A model generated the notes under the pieces. It saw nothing but the letters and a program-made list of their open reading frames with translations. It had not been told where the DNA came from and ran no database searches. This document shows, one piece after another, positions 46,192-57,138 of a stretch of DNA of 64,000 nt (position 1 is the stretch's first letter; each line of letters starts with the position of its first letter). The stretch comes from an uncultured virus (IMG/VR IMGVR_UViG_3300027973_000060). Its lineage: Duplodnaviria > Heunggongvirae > Uroviricota > Caudoviricetes. The stretch lies in IMG/VR virus record IMGVR_UViG_3300027973_000060; one strand, written 5' to 3'. A program made the position numbers and the translations under genes.

Positions 46192-46667
46192 TGGGTGGAT
46201 CACCCTCTATTCCGTCACCGCCTCCCCCTCCAGACCCGCGAGAGGTGGCTCGGGCTAATGCTGAAGCCTATAGGATGAACATTGATACTTACATCGAAAA
46301 GTCTCCAGCAATGGCAGCTTTAGAAAACAAACTTCGCATTCAGTATCTACCCCAGCAACGCTCGCTAGAACGCCAATTGTCAGCCTTAGATCAGCAAGCT
46401 GGCGTACAATCTGGAATGCAACTAGAGCGTCAATATGGTCCGCAGAGGACTCTGGAAGGGTTGCGCAGATCGTATGAACAAAGCCCACAAGCGTATGCCC
46501 TAAACCGAGGACTAGGCGATCAAATGACTAAGCAGTTCGAACGTCTTTACGGAACTAGCCCCTATGGCTCAGTTGAGCAGAATGTAGCGTTTAACCGCCA
46601 ACCAGGACCAGTTGATTTTTATGGAACAGTTGGAACGAACATCAGCAACCCAGAACTAAAGGCTTAA
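46191..46667 (+). CDS. Internal virion/ejection protein (small)
   Basis: Homolog of 6591..7067. Confidence 0.65.
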   Translation: MGGSPSIPSPPPPPDPREVARANAEAYRMNIDTYIEKSPAMAALENKLRIQYLPQQRSLERQLSALDQQAGVQSGMQLERQYGPQRTLEGLRRSYEQSPQAYALNRGLGDQMTKQFERLYGTSPYGSVEQNVAFNRQPGPVDFYGTVGTNISNPELKA

Positions 46668-46668
46668 T

Positions 46669-48393
46669 ATGGGGAATCAACAAAAACCAAGGCCAACAAG
46701 ATACAGGATCAATAGCAATGGAGACATTGAAACAGCAGATGTAAATCAAAGCGGGATTTACAATTATGACAAATATGGAGGGGAATTTCCATACACAAAC
46801 ATAGCTGATGTTCAGAATGAAATTTCAAGAAGGCAAAATGCCAATATTAAAAATCTTCAAGACACCTACGAAAAGCGTCTTGCTGAAGTTACTAGCCAAG
46901 AAAACACCCGCAACTCTCTTGCCTCGCAAATCCAGGCATTAACTGCTGGAGGCTTGGGAATGCAAAATCCTAATGCTGGTCCAGAGTTTAACCAGGCCTT
47001 ATCACAACTTTCTGCTGGTCGTAATTATGGATCGTCTGACCTTGGCTCAATGCTAAACTTCCAAGTATCCGACAATCAGATCGTTGATGATTACAATAAC
47101 TCAAAGTTATCCCGCCTCAACAGCGTGATTGAGCGTGGCAACACGCAGATTGCTGGTATTACCGAAAGGCTTAACTCTGCCAACAAACTTCTTGCCGATC
47201 TTCCCGCTGGCGATGCTAGGCGTACTTCTTCAGAAGTATTCATCAAGCAACTTAGCAATGACTTAAAAAGCGTAACTAGCGCAGTTACTGACGCGCAGGA
47301 TATGCAAAAGAATTTCACTCCGATTACGATGGACAGCCCAGAAGGGTTAAAAGAGATCACGGCATTTAGATCATTTGTTCAATTGCCCGAAGAACGCGCT
47401 TCTCAGCAACTTTATCAGATTGATCCGGATTCTTATCGTACCGCGGTTAGCCTGGGCCAACAGTACAGGGATATGGCTACTCAACCGCTTGGGCCCACAA
47501 CCACTCCAAAGACAGAGCAACTTCGCGCCACAATTGAAGAAGAGGCGATGAACCAGCTTCGGCTTGGATCTACGATTGGTGCCGAAGAACTTCGCGGGTA
47601 CGAGCAAGCAATCCGAGGGGCTCAAACTGCCCGGGGCAATATTTTTGGCCTTGGACCAGCAGTGCAGGAGGCCGCGCAGATTGGCGCAGCCGGGGAACAG
47701 CGCAAACTGGCTCGGTTCGGGGCTGCGCAACAGTTCCTTGGATCTGGCGAAACTACTGGCGCAGCAAGGGCTCGCGATCTTTTACTTCGTGAAGGCGTCA
47801 AGCAGAACAGGCTCGGGGCCGCGGCTGGATTCATTGCCGGAGGGCCTAGTATTGGAAACCTGGCTCAAGCAAGAACAGCACAACAGCAGGGCGCGATGCA
47901 GGGCTATATCCAAGCGAACCAATCTCTTCCTGGTGGGTTTAATCAGCAGGCATCTACCGCTGCGCCTTTCTACCAAGCAGTTGATCAAAACATTCCTGTC
48001 GCCCTTACTCAGGCGTTTAATGATCTTTATCGCTCGCAAGCCAATTACCAGGCCAGCACATACGGAGCCCAAGTTGGGGCGCAGGCCCAGGTTGATAGCG
48101 CGAATTCATTGCCTAACTATCTTTCCGCCGCCGGAGGCATCCTTGGAAAGGTTTCTCCAGGAGGCATATTTGGTGGATCTGGTGGTGGGCCAATTTTCTG
48201 TTGGGTCGCTAGAGAAGTCTATGGAGAAGAAAATCCTAAGTGGCTTCAGTTCCGCGAGTGGATGCTAACCAAAGCGTCCGATAATCTAAGAAACTTCTAC
48301 ACTGAGTATGGGGAAAGAATTGCGGAATCGATACGCAACAAACCAAAAATCAAGTCCATCATCCGCAAATGGATGGACAGCAAGATAGGATAA
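46669..48393 (+). CDS. Ejection protein with C-terminal CWVAREVYG domain
   Basis: Homolog of 7070..8908. Confidence 0.7.
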   Translation: MGNQQKPRPTRYRINSNGDIETADVNQSGIYNYDKYGGEFPYTNIADVQNEISRRQNANIKNLQDTYEKRLAEVTSQENTRNSLASQIQALTAGGLGMQNPNAGPEFNQALSQLSAGRNYGSSDLGSMLNFQVSDNQIVDDYNNSKLSRLNSVIERGNTQIAGITERLNSANKLLADLPAGDARRTSSEVFIKQLSNDLKSVTSAVTDAQDMQKNFTPITMDSPEGLKEITAFRSFVQLPEERASQQLYQIDPDSYRTAVSLGQQYRDMATQPLGPTTTPKTEQLRATIEEEAMNQLRLGSTIGAEELRGYEQAIRGAQTARGNIFGLGPAVQEAAQIGAAGEQRKLARFGAAQQFLGSGETTGAARARDLLLREGVKQNRLGAAAGFIAGGPSIGNLAQARTAQQQGAMQGYIQANQSLPGGFNQQASTAAPFYQAVDQNIPVALTQAFNDLYRSQANYQASTYGAQVGAQAQVDSANSLPNYLSAAGGILGKVSPGGIFGGSGGGPIFCWVAREVYGEENPKWLQFREWMLTKASDNLRNFYTEYGERIAESIRNKPKIKSIIRKWMDSKIG

Positions 48394-48397
48394 CTTT

Positions 48398-49363
48398 ATG
48401 GCAGGACCAAGAGCTTTATTCCCATTTCCATCTCAGGCCGAAGAATACAGAAAAGAAGATGCTCGCCAGGCGATGGAAGATCAAGATCGCGCGCTTAGAG
48501 TTGAGATGCTCAAGCAAAAACTTTACCCCGAGCAAGAAGCAAAAAGAGTTGGTCAAGCCCTCATGGCATCGAGCGATCCTGTCGAACAGGCTGCGCTAAT
48601 GAATAGGCTGGCAGAGACGACAGGAACAAGGGCAGCGCCCGGCACAAGCATCGTAGTTCCCGCCGGACTTTCAGAAGAACTTGTCGACGCCTACGTCGAT
48701 CGCCAGGTCAACAAGGTTAAGTACTACAAAGAAAAGGCGATGATGGAGCAGGACCCGGAGAAGCGAAGAATCATGATGAACGTCGCTGACGCCGGGGAGA
48801 AAGCCCTTGTCGCCAAGGGTAAGGAGTTGACGCAGGCAGATTTTGCGTTTGAGTCAAACATCCGCGAGGCATATCGCATGGCAGACGAGCTTGAGAATAC
48901 TGTAAAAAAGTACGGAAATTTTGAAACTGTTGACCCAGATGGGTCCGCAACACTGAAGCAAATTCCATACCTATTCGCAGTATCTCTAGCGAAAGTTCTT
49001 GATCCTGGATCTGTAGCAAGAGAAGGCGAAGTTGAGGCAGCCAGGAAGTTTGCCATCCCAATGGGGACAACTCCTGTATCTGTTGGATTCAACAATCCCC
49101 TCACAGGGCCAACCACGGCAACGACGCTCGCCGCGATTAAGAGCATGAGGACAAGACTGAAGGCAAGGGCCGAAGACTACAAGAGCATTGCTGGAAGAAC
49201 CGTTGAATTGCCCAAGTCGAACTTGGACGATCAATCGCAGGGCCAACAAGCCGGGCAGGCTGGGCAACAGCAGATGCCGCAACAACCCGCACAACGTCCA
49301 ATGAGTCCTACCGGATTCGGCGGATACGATCCTCGCACTCGCAAGGTAATTCAAAACCGCTAG
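48398..49363 (+). CDS. Ejection protein
   Basis: Homolog of 8913..9878. Confidence 0.65.
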   Translation: MAGPRALFPFPSQAEEYRKEDARQAMEDQDRALRVEMLKQKLYPEQEAKRVGQALMASSDPVEQAALMNRLAETTGTRAAPGTSIVVPAGLSEELVDAYVDRQVNKVKYYKEKAMMEQDPEKRRIMMNVADAGEKALVAKGKELTQADFAFESNIREAYRMADELENTVKKYGNFETVDPDGSATLKQIPYLFAVSLAKVLDPGSVAREGEVEAARKFAIPMGTTPVSVGFNNPLTGPTTATTLAAIKSMRTRLKARAEDYKSIAGRTVELPKSNLDDQSQGQQAGQAGQQQMPQQPAQRPMSPTGFGGYDPRTRKVIQNR

Positions 49364-49369
49364 TCGGTC

Positions 49370-52300
49370 ATGGCCGACGAAATCATCCAGGATCCATTGG
49401 AGGCAGCAAATTATTTGCTGCGCCAGTACCGCGACAATCCGAATTTTGAGTTTACGCAAGAAGAAGCGTCGCTAGTTCATAGCGCCTACGGTGGGGGAGT
49501 TTCATTTGTAGACTCTAAGCCTGTCATGGACGAGGCGTCGACCTCGTCATTCCTAAGATCTCAAGATGAATCAGATCCTTCGTTCATAGCTAGCGAAGAA
49601 GAGTTTTCGATTCTCAAGGCTACTGAGCCTGGAGCAATCAGCAGAATTGGTGCTGGAATGACCGGGGCCGCGGAGTATCTTGGCCCTGTAATCAAAGAAG
49701 GCATCCCGGAACTAATCAAAACGGCATCGATGCGCGAGCCGAGGCCGGGCGATCCTTCACTTCCAGCTACATTGCTAGAAGCCGGGGCCAGGGGAACTGT
49801 CGACCTTGGCACAATGGCAGTCGGAGCATCTAAATTTATTGAAAAGGCTCCGTTCATGGTGGCTGGAGCGCTTGGAATGCAGGACGACTACAAGTCCTAC
49901 CTAAACCAAAAGACGATCGACCAAAACTACCAGATGCAGGCGATCGACAAGATGAACGCCGAAAGAGCCCAGGGCAAAAGCATTGTCGGATTGCCGGAAG
50001 GGACGTTCGCACCAAAGGCCGCGGAGGCCGCGAGCATGGTCCTAGATCCGACGCTCGCAGTTCCATTCATTGGGCCAGGAGCGAAGGCGGCAGGAATTGC
50101 CGGAAGAGGATTAGGCGCCACAACTAAAATCGCCCGGGGGATTGAGACCGCGGCCCGGGCAACAGGCGGAGCCATTGATCTTGGAGTCGAAAAGGTTGGG
50201 CAAGGTATCCAGCGCGTTCTGCCTGGCGTAACTGCGCCAAAGACTGCAGGAGCAATCGCCACAGGAGCGGCCGCAATAGGTATCCCCGGGGCATTTCCAA
50301 TTGGAGCTAAGATAGCCGGGGTTAGGGCTGGAGCAGAGGTTGTGGAGCGCGGAGCCCAGGCAGTCCGGATCGCTGGAGAAGAGGCGATGACAGGACCATC
50401 CAGGATGACCGTCATGGAGCGCGTCGCGAAGAATCAGAAGAATCCCGAGTGGCTTAGAAAGGCCGCGAACACATCGATTGTATCTTCTCCGATCACGCAA
50501 GGGGCCGCGGAGCTTGGCCTGGAGACAGGCAAGGGCGCTGTCAAATCTGCGGCCGTCGGCGCAGGGTTGGGCTATGTTGCGTCTGGAGGAGAGGAAGAGG
50601 GTATCGGTGGCGGATTGGTTATTGGGAGTGGTCTTGGCACGATTGGAGGAGCGGTCAAGGGAGTCGCAGCGATCCCAGCAAAGAAGGCGCTTGCCAAGCA
50701 GGGTGACGTCAACAGACTTTTCGCAAGGCAGGCGGATCTTGGCCTAGACGTAAACAAGATTGCCGACTATGTCCGCAAGGACAATCGCCCATTCCTAGAC
50801 GCCGCGACTCTCCAGATGATGGCGCCCGACGTCCAAGTTGAATTCCACGGTCGAGACTCGTTCATGATGCCCGAAAATGCTGGGATCAACGCGGCCGGAG
50901 TTGTCAAAGCAGTTCCAGATAAGTCAGGCACGACAAGGCTCCTAGTAAACATGGACGACATGCGGTCCTCCGGGGATACGGTTAAGCATGAGATCATGCA
51001 TGCCATCATGAAGTCTCCGGCAATTAATAAGGCTGAAGGTCGGATGGCAGTCATGTCAGAATATGGTGAAGAGGGCCTGCGCAGATTTGGAAATGAGTAC
51101 GCCAGGAAACTTTTGGAAGGCGAGCGCCAAGGCCGGGGCACACCGACCGAGGCCGAAATAAGGGCAAAGGCAAACGAGCTCCGAGAAGGATCTCAGCGGT
51201 CCGAGCCTGGGGCCGGGGATCTTGATTGGATAGCGGACGAGGTTCTGGCAGAACAGTTTGTGGGCGAGTTCCGCGGGAAGGATTTAGATTCTCTGCGACG
51301 CAAGACCCTCCCGGGCACAGATCTGCTCTCGCTCCAGGAAGGATTCTTAGCCCCTGTTGGCAGGCTCTTGAATAAGTTTGGGATCGACACAACCGGGCCT
51401 AAGCCGACGAATATTGATACTCTATTCAAAGACAATCCTCTTGTTCCGTCTAAACAGCTTCGAGAGTTAACCTCAAGATGGTTCCGGGACCGCGACAAGT
51501 ATCTTGACGGACTAGAGAAGGCAGAAAAGCAGAAGGACGTGACGCTAGTCCCGGGGCCAGGAAACAGAAACCTGGCTAACAATCCAGCAATCCAATTTAC
51601 TCGCAACAGAAAGACAAATCTTGAGGAAAACGATTTTGCGGTAAGGTTCCCGGACGGTACTGTTCGAGCCAAAGACCCGGCATCGATTCTGGCAGTTGAC
51701 AAGGCCCGGGTGGCAGACGTTGCCAAAATGTACGACCCCAACGCGGTCCTGGAGCGCGGGAGCCCTGAGTTTGGCGTCAAGATTCAGTCCGATGGCAAAC
51801 CATACGTCGGTGGCAATACCCTCCCGGAGGGATTCTTTAACCTCGACAGTTTTAACGATTTCACGAAGGAAGTAGCCAAGACCCTCCAGGACAGCCGTCA
51901 GGAGGGTAAGACATATTCTGTCTGGTACCAAAAGATCGGCACAGGCGAGGATGGGAGTTGGGCTCAGTCTGTTAAGCGCGGACTAGGCAACATTAAGGTT
52001 GGACAATCCGAGATCGCGTTCTTGGGTTGGCGCCTATCCAAGGCCGGGAACATCTTGGCTCAGGCAGTGGACATATCTGCTCTGCGCGGTCGCATGCTTG
52101 ATTTTGCCAGGAGCGGAAAGGGCCGGATCAATGAAGTGTGGGGTGGAGACCTGTCGTCTTACGAGAAGGACGTCATGCAGTACCTGGACAACCATGCCAA
52201 CGAAAGACCAGGCGAGACAGGGATCGGCATCGATAAGCGCAACGCGATCAACTACCTATTCGGCATCACAAACATTGCCAACAAAAATGCGAATCCCATG

Positions 52301-55300
52301 TACGTAGCCGAAGGGCGTCCCCCGGGGAGCCTGGTCAAATCCTATCGCCTGGACCGTATTGCTAACTCTCGCGATACCGGGCGTACAGGATTCTTCTTTG
52401 ACTACCAGAAGCAAGCCGCGAACTTGGCGCCTGGAGACGTGTCACTCCAGAAGGCTATTCGCGACAAGATGCCAAGACTTGCCACTCCAGAGCAAGTAAA
52501 GGCAATTATTAAGCCAGGCCAGACCCGCGGGGTAAACGAGGAGGATGTTAAGTGGTCAGGAATTAATGAAGAGATTGATAGGCTTGCAAGTGAAAACGCA
52601 GGGAAAGTACCAAGAGATAAGCTGGAAGAATTCCTGGCTGGAAAGGGCAAGGTCCAGCTTGAAGAGACAAGATACGGTTCAGCAAAAGGCTCAAAAACTG
52701 CCTTAAACGAGCAGGATATTGCAAGACTGAATGAGCTTGAGGTCGCAGATTCAGCTAATCCACTGGGAGGAATGGACGACGAGATGGGCGATGGTGCCTA
52801 CGGTGAAATGATGGACTTGCAGAATCGTCGCGACAATATTTCTACATCCAGCCAACTCACAAGGATGGCAATGGCTGCGGAAGAGGAAGCAAGGGCTTTC
52901 CTAAAGAATTCTCCAACAAATCTTGGAAAAATTGGTGAAAGCAAGGTTTACGAAACTTTTGATCGCATGATGAAAAAAGCAGAGCACTTGAACGCAAGGG
53001 CAGAGCAATTTGATAGGGCATCAGTGTCAGGGAATGCGCCAAGGTTTGGTGGGTTCACAATTCCTGGCGGGAAGAATTACAGAGAAGTTGTGCTGTCCAG
53101 GAAACAGGACCAAGGAACAAAAAGAAAAGGTGCCTACAGAATTGAATTTAAGAACGCAAAAGATGCGGATGGTTTCCTGACAGACATAAGCGCAGCCGGA
53201 TTGGATGAACTTGATTACGGAAGAATTAGTGGCGAGGACATATCAACGAATGACAGGGTCGTTGAGTTTAACGACACGGTGACACAGGAAATTGTTGACC
53301 TTGCAAGAGCATACGACGCGAAACTTCCAAATGAGTCAATTGAAAAAGCATACATTTCAAAGCATTACCCAAAGGTTACCGACTATATCGCGCACATGCG
53401 TTTGGACGAAAGGCCCGATTCTTTTGGTAGAGATGGATTATTCATTGAAGAGATTCAAAGCGATAGGCACCAGGCGGGAAGAAAGTACGGATATAAAGAG
53501 GATGATAATCTTGTAAAATTAGAAAATGAATTCAGAAAGAAGTACGGTGATCCCATTGAATTTGACAAGTTAAGCAGAGAGGATCAAACGAGATGGTACA
53601 GGGCCGAAGGAGAGAGCAAAATAGATCCGTACAAAAGCGTCCCGGACGCACCGTTCCGGAAAGATTGGCCGATTCAAATGTTCAAAAGGGCCCTGGCCGA
53701 GGCAGTTGACTCAGGGAAGAAATGGATCGGATGGACAATTGGCGCGGAACAGCAAGAGAGATATCCTGGCATGGCAGGGAGTAGCAAGATGGGAATGGCA
53801 AAGTTTTATGACGAAATGTTGCCATCCGAGATTGGCAAGTACATGAAGCAGTATGGAGCCCCTGTAGAGAAGTCATCCATAACAAACGACCGCTACTATG
53901 TAATAACCCAGGATGGCAGGACGTTGCCAATGGATGGCGAGAAAAGCGCAATGGAATCAAGGGCGTCTAATCCTGGGTCAAGAATTGTAGAGCCAGATCA
54001 AATCCCAATGTGGAAAATTGACATTACCCCAGAGGTTTTCGCCGGGGTTCGCAAGATGCAGGAGATGGAGAAAGAGTTTTCCGGGACCGCTAAGACTGAG
54101 CCAAAGTTTACTAGCCTAATCGGTGGCGAAGAGCAGAAACAGTTTGCTCCGGCTAGCCAAGCCGAAAAGAAAGACGAAGAGTTTTGGGTTAGCCAAAGGA
54201 ATCCAAAGGCAGTTAAGGCGACAGAGAATCCGCTTACCGAGAAGCTGACGATTGGCCTAGACGTTATCCTGAAGGACAAAGAACTAGCTAAAAAACAGGC
54301 GGACCTTGTTAAGAAGTACCCTGGATTTAGCCCAAAGAGCAAGACCACCGAAGGGGTTCTCGGGGAATTCGTCGATCACGTTAAGGGCAATCTTTTGTAT
54401 CTTTACGACTCATTCAAACCCGAGCTTAGGGAGCAGGCCAAGAAGTGGTACGACGGAGCCAGAAAGATTTCCGAGGAGTGGTCCGGGAAGTATGGGACCG
54501 AAACTAGGCAGAATGCAGGAGTGCTCGCTGTGCTATCCCCGCAGAAGGATTGGTTTATGAACGTGTCGCTTGCGGACAGAGTAATTGACATCAACACAAA
54601 CAAATCCAAAGAGGTGTTTTCTCAGGAAATGTTTAACTGGTTAAAGTCTGACCCCAAGAGGGGCATGCTAGTAAATTCGGCGAGGAAGAATCTTCTCGGC
54701 AAGCGCTACAGCGAGGTCAAGGATTCGTTCGACAAGGCTATCTTCCTGCGCGCTTGGGACGAGGTCAACAATTCTAGATCCTTCGACGTCTATAACCCAG
54801 ACGGAAAGATATTAGGCAAGAAGCTCAACGATGACGGAACCGAGGGCAAGGTTGGTTGGGGGTCATTCTCGCAGATTGAGAAGGGGATTAGTATTCTTGA
54901 GAACGGAGCCAGGGAAAACATTCACAACCAGCTTGGCGAGGAACACAAGGTCAGAAACTTCTTCAACAATATCCTCCAGCCCAATTCCAAGTTCGGAGAC
55001 GTTACTATTGATACGCATGCAGTCGCGGCCGGGCTACTCCGTCCCTTGTCCGGCGGGTCTACAGAGGTGCTTCATAACCTTGGCGGAGGCCCCTCCTCTA
55101 AGATAGTTGGAGCGTCTGGCACCTACGCACTATTTGCCGAGGCTTACAGAAACGCTGCGAAAGAGCGCAAAGTACTTCCCCGGGAGATGCAGAGCATTAC
55201 CTGGGAGGCAATCCGGGGCCTGTTCAAGCCAACGTTCAAGGGCCAGGCCAAAAATAAAGAATTTGTCGACAGCGTCTGGAAGAGCTATACTAAAGGAAGG

Positions 55301-55573
55301 GTAAAAATAAATGAAGCAAGAAACACAATCAGCAGATTTGCAGGAGGAATTGAAGACCCTAGCTGGGCAAGACGGAGCGGTCAGGTTCCTACTGAGGGAG
55401 GGACTGCCCCTAACGCGGGAGAACTACCTAAGCGTAGCATGGCCGGACAGGACAGCGGAGGACGAACTGGACGCGGAGTTCGAGGCGCAACTGCCAGAAA
55501 TGTTCAGACTCAAAACCTCGAATCAGCAGTAAAGTCTAGGCTAATTAAAAAACAACTGGAGGCCAAAAAATGA
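49370..55573 (+). CDS. Giant internal virion polyvalent protein, 2067 aa
   Basis: Homolog of 9885..16121. Confidence 0.8.
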   Translation: MADEIIQDPLEAANYLLRQYRDNPNFEFTQEEASLVHSAYGGGVSFVDSKPVMDEASTSSFLRSQDESDPSFIASEEEFSILKATEPGAISRIGAGMTGAAEYLGPVIKEGIPELIKTASMREPRPGDPSLPATLLEAGARGTVDLGTMAVGASKFIEKAPFMVAGALGMQDDYKSYLNQKTIDQNYQMQAIDKMNAERAQGKSIVGLPEGTFAPKAAEAASMVLDPTLAVPFIGPGAKAAGIAGRGLGATTKIARGIETAARATGGAIDLGVEKVGQGIQRVLPGVTAPKTAGAIATGAAAIGIPGAFPIGAKIAGVRAGAEVVERGAQAVRIAGEEAMTGPSRMTVMERVAKNQKNPEWLRKAANTSIVSSPITQGAAELGLETGKGAVKSAAVGAGLGYVASGGEEEGIGGGLVIGSGLGTIGGAVKGVAAIPAKKALAKQGDVNRLFARQADLGLDVNKIADYVRKDNRPFLDAATLQMMAPDVQVEFHGRDSFMMPENAGINAAGVVKAVPDKSGTTRLLVNMDDMRSSGDTVKHEIMHAIMKSPAINKAEGRMAVMSEYGEEGLRRFGNEYARKLLEGERQGRGTPTEAEIRAKANELREGSQRSEPGAGDLDWIADEVLAEQFVGEFRGKDLDSLRRKTLPGTDLLSLQEGFLAPVGRLLNKFGIDTTGPKPTNIDTLFKDNPLVPSKQLRELTSRWFRDRDKYLDGLEKAEKQKDVTLVPGPGNRNLANNPAIQFTRNRKTNLEENDFAVRFPDGTVRAKDPASILAVDKARVADVAKMYDPNAVLERGSPEFGVKIQSDGKPYVGGNTLPEGFFNLDSFNDFTKEVAKTLQDSRQEGKTYSVWYQKIGTGEDGSWAQSVKRGLGNIKVGQSEIAFLGWRLSKAGNILAQAVDISALRGRMLDFARSGKGRINEVWGGDLSSYEKDVMQYLDNHANERPGETGIGIDKRNAINYLFGITNIANKNANPMYVAEGRPPGSLVKSYRLDRIANSRDTGRTGFFFDYQKQAANLAPGDVSLQKAIRDKMPRLATPEQVKAIIKPGQTRGVNEEDVKWSGINEEIDRLASENAGKVPRDKLEEFLAGKGKVQLEETRYGSAKGSKTALNEQDIARLNELEVADSANPLGGMDDEMGDGAYGEMMDLQNRRDNISTSSQLTRMAMAAEEEARAFLKNSPTNLGKIGESKVYETFDRMMKKAEHLNARAEQFDRASVSGNAPRFGGFTIPGGKNYREVVLSRKQDQGTKRKGAYRIEFKNAKDADGFLTDISAAGLDELDYGRISGEDISTNDRVVEFNDTVTQEIVDLARAYDAKLPNESIEKAYISKHYPKVTDYIAHMRLDERPDSFGRDGLFIEEIQSDRHQAGRKYGYKEDDNLVKLENEFRKKYGDPIEFDKLSREDQTRWYRAEGESKIDPYKSVPDAPFRKDWPIQMFKRALAEAVDSGKKWIGWTIGAEQQERYPGMAGSSKMGMAKFYDEMLPSEIGKYMKQYGAPVEKSSITNDRYYVITQDGRTLPMDGEKSAMESRASNPGSRIVEPDQIPMWKIDITPEVFAGVRKMQEMEKEFSGTAKTEPKFTSLIGGEEQKQFAPASQAEKKDEEFWVSQRNPKAVKATENPLTEKLTIGLDVILKDKELAKKQADLVKKYPGFSPKSKTTEGVLGEFVDHVKGNLLYLYDSFKPELREQAKKWYDGARKISEEWSGKYGTETRQNAGVLAVLSPQKDWFMNVSLADRVIDINTNKSKEVFSQEMFNWLKSDPKRGMLVNSARKNLLGKRYSEVKDSFDKAIFLRAWDEVNNSRSFDVYNPDGKILGKKLNDDGTEGKVGWGSFSQIEKGISILENGARENIHNQLGEEHKVRNFFNNILQPNSKFGDVTIDTHAVAAGLLRPLSGGSTEVLHNLGGGPSSKIVGASGTYALFAEAYRNAAKERKVLPREMQSITWEAIRGLFKPTFKGQAKNKEFVDSVWKSYTKGRVKINEARNTISRFAGGIEDPSWARRSGQVPTEGGTAPNAGELPKRSMAGQDSGGRTGRGVRGATARNVQTQNLESAVKSRLIKKQLEAKK
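55311..55532 (+). CDS. Overprinted small acidic protein (73 aa)
   Basis: Homolog of 15859..16080 with conserved SD and synonymous divergence. Confidence 0.8.
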   Translation: MKQETQSADLQEELKTLAGQDGAVRFLLREGLPLTRENYLSVAWPDRTAEDELDAEFEAQLPEMFRLKTSNQQ

Positions 55574-55575
55574 CC

Positions 55576-55848
55576 TCACTCGACGTCGGTATCTCCAAAC
55601 CTGGAAATAAAACCTCCGTAGGCCCCCTTGGCGTCGACAATGCTTCCATTCCTTGTGAGGCATCCAGCGTAGTTTCCGGAGGCGTCGGAGAGACTCCTGT
55701 TCCTAAAGATGGAACCACCGTATTCCCCTGTGGATGTACTGTAGGAAGTGCGGTAGACGGAACCACCGTAGTTCCCGGTTGCATCTGTGAGATCCCCGGC
55801 GAAACAGTGACCGAGTGACAAGACGACCAACAATAGGATTTTCTTCAT
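55576..55848 (-). CDS. Exported small beta-repeat protein (90 aa)
   Basis: Signal peptide; diverged homolog of 16124..16396. Confidence 0.75.
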   Translation of the reverse strand: MKKILLLVVLSLGHCFAGDLTDATGNYGGSVYRTSYSTSTGEYGGSIFRNRSLSDASGNYAGCLTRNGSIVDAKGAYGGFISRFGDTDVE

Positions 55849-56671
55849 GGCTAATACTCTAACACAGATCCCGGAACTAAGCGCAAGCAGAAATTTTACC
55901 CCATTTGGGGCCGGAGAATTCGACAGGCAAAACGCGTCCAGGCCGATGCAAGAGCCACAGAGGGCGGGGTGGACCGACGAGAAGGGTCAGCGCCTGGTCG
56001 CAATGTCTGAGCGCATGCGATCCGCGGCGACGATGGACGACATCCGGTCAGAGACAACACAAAGAGCAATGGAGGATCAAGTGACTAAAAATATTATGCA
56101 GGATCAAAACTTAATCGGGCCAAAGGTGCCCAAGAATGAATACGACTCAGCCCTGGCGACAGTTGACATGGAGGCCAGGAAGGACAAGTCCGGGAACGTA
56201 ATGGTCTACAATCTCCCTTCCGGGGATATGGGCGGTAGCTACGAAGTCGCCGGGATCAACGACAAGTATCATCCAGCGGCCGCGGAGATGCTGAAGAATC
56301 TTCCAGCGGGGGAGCGCAGGGACGCAGCTGCCAGGTACGTCGTAGAATATGCCAGGCCCTTCACGTCTAAACTTCCTGAGCCTTACCGACCCTTCTTCCA
56401 GGACCTGGCATTCAACCGCGGGGTCGGAGGGGCAACGAAGTTCCTGCAACGCGCGATCGGCGTGAAGGATGACGGAGCGCTTGGGCCTCAGACGCTCAAG
56501 GCCCTGGAGGGACTGAACCCATCAGAGGTAATGAGGAACGTTTCTGTCGAGCAGATGACCTACGAGAGAAGGCTTGCGGAGCAGAACCCAGAACGTAAAA
56601 AGTTCCTCAATGGTCTCCAGAATAGAGTCTCGAACAGATATCGGCTTTTCGGGAATGCCCCAACCGGGTAA
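55847..56671 (+). CDS. GH108-like lysozyme
   Basis: Homolog of 16395..17219. Confidence 0.8.
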   Translation: MANTLTQIPELSASRNFTPFGAGEFDRQNASRPMQEPQRAGWTDEKGQRLVAMSERMRSAATMDDIRSETTQRAMEDQVTKNIMQDQNLIGPKVPKNEYDSALATVDMEARKDKSGNVMVYNLPSGDMGGSYEVAGINDKYHPAAAEMLKNLPAGERRDAAARYVVEYARPFTSKLPEPYRPFFQDLAFNRGVGGATKFLQRAIGVKDDGALGPQTLKALEGLNPSEVMRNVSVEQMTYERRLAEQNPERKKFLNGLQNRVSNRYRLFGNAPTG

Positions 56672-57044
56672 TCGTCAGACAGGAGCGGTAGGAGTCGCTA
56701 GGGTAATCGCAGGACTCCTCGCTTCCGGGTGGAACGTGTTGACCCCATTTGAGGACAACGCCGGGTACGACATCGTTGCGGAGAAGGACGGAACATTCAA
56801 AAGAATCCAGGTCAAGTCGTGTGGCGCCCCGCGGCTACACAGCAATGGCAGAAGGGGCCCGAGCTACAAGTTCAGCACCGGGCGCGGAGTCGACAAGAGG
56901 AAGTATGGCAAGTGCATCGACCTAATATTCCTGGTCGCGCTGGACAAGGATTTGCTTTGGGTATTTGACTCAAGAAAAATGAAAGCGACGCGTTCCGCAT
57001 CTCCAGAAGATTCAATTGCCTGGATGAGTTTGGCTAAAATATAG
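56655..57044 (+). CDS. PD-(D/E)XK endonuclease
   Basis: Homolog of 17203..17592. Confidence 0.75.
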   Translation: MPQPGNRQTGAVGVARVIAGLLASGWNVLTPFEDNAGYDIVAEKDGTFKRIQVKSCGAPRLHSNGRRGPSYKFSTGRGVDKRKYGKCIDLIFLVALDKDLLWVFDSRKMKATRSASPEDSIAWMSLAKI

Positions 57045-57081
57045 CAAGTCAAGCTAATTAAAGTTTCCCAAAAATAATGTG

Positions 57082-57110
57082 TTGACCTAGTTGCCGTGTT
57101 TCGGCAGAGT
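57082..57110 (+). promoter_or_regulatory. Promoter TTGACC-17-CAGAGT with TGCCG-N5-CGGCA palindrome
   Basis: Homolog of 17630-17658. Confidence 0.6.
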
Positions 57111-57138
57111 CCGGTGATCTTGAAACAAGGAGGTCACC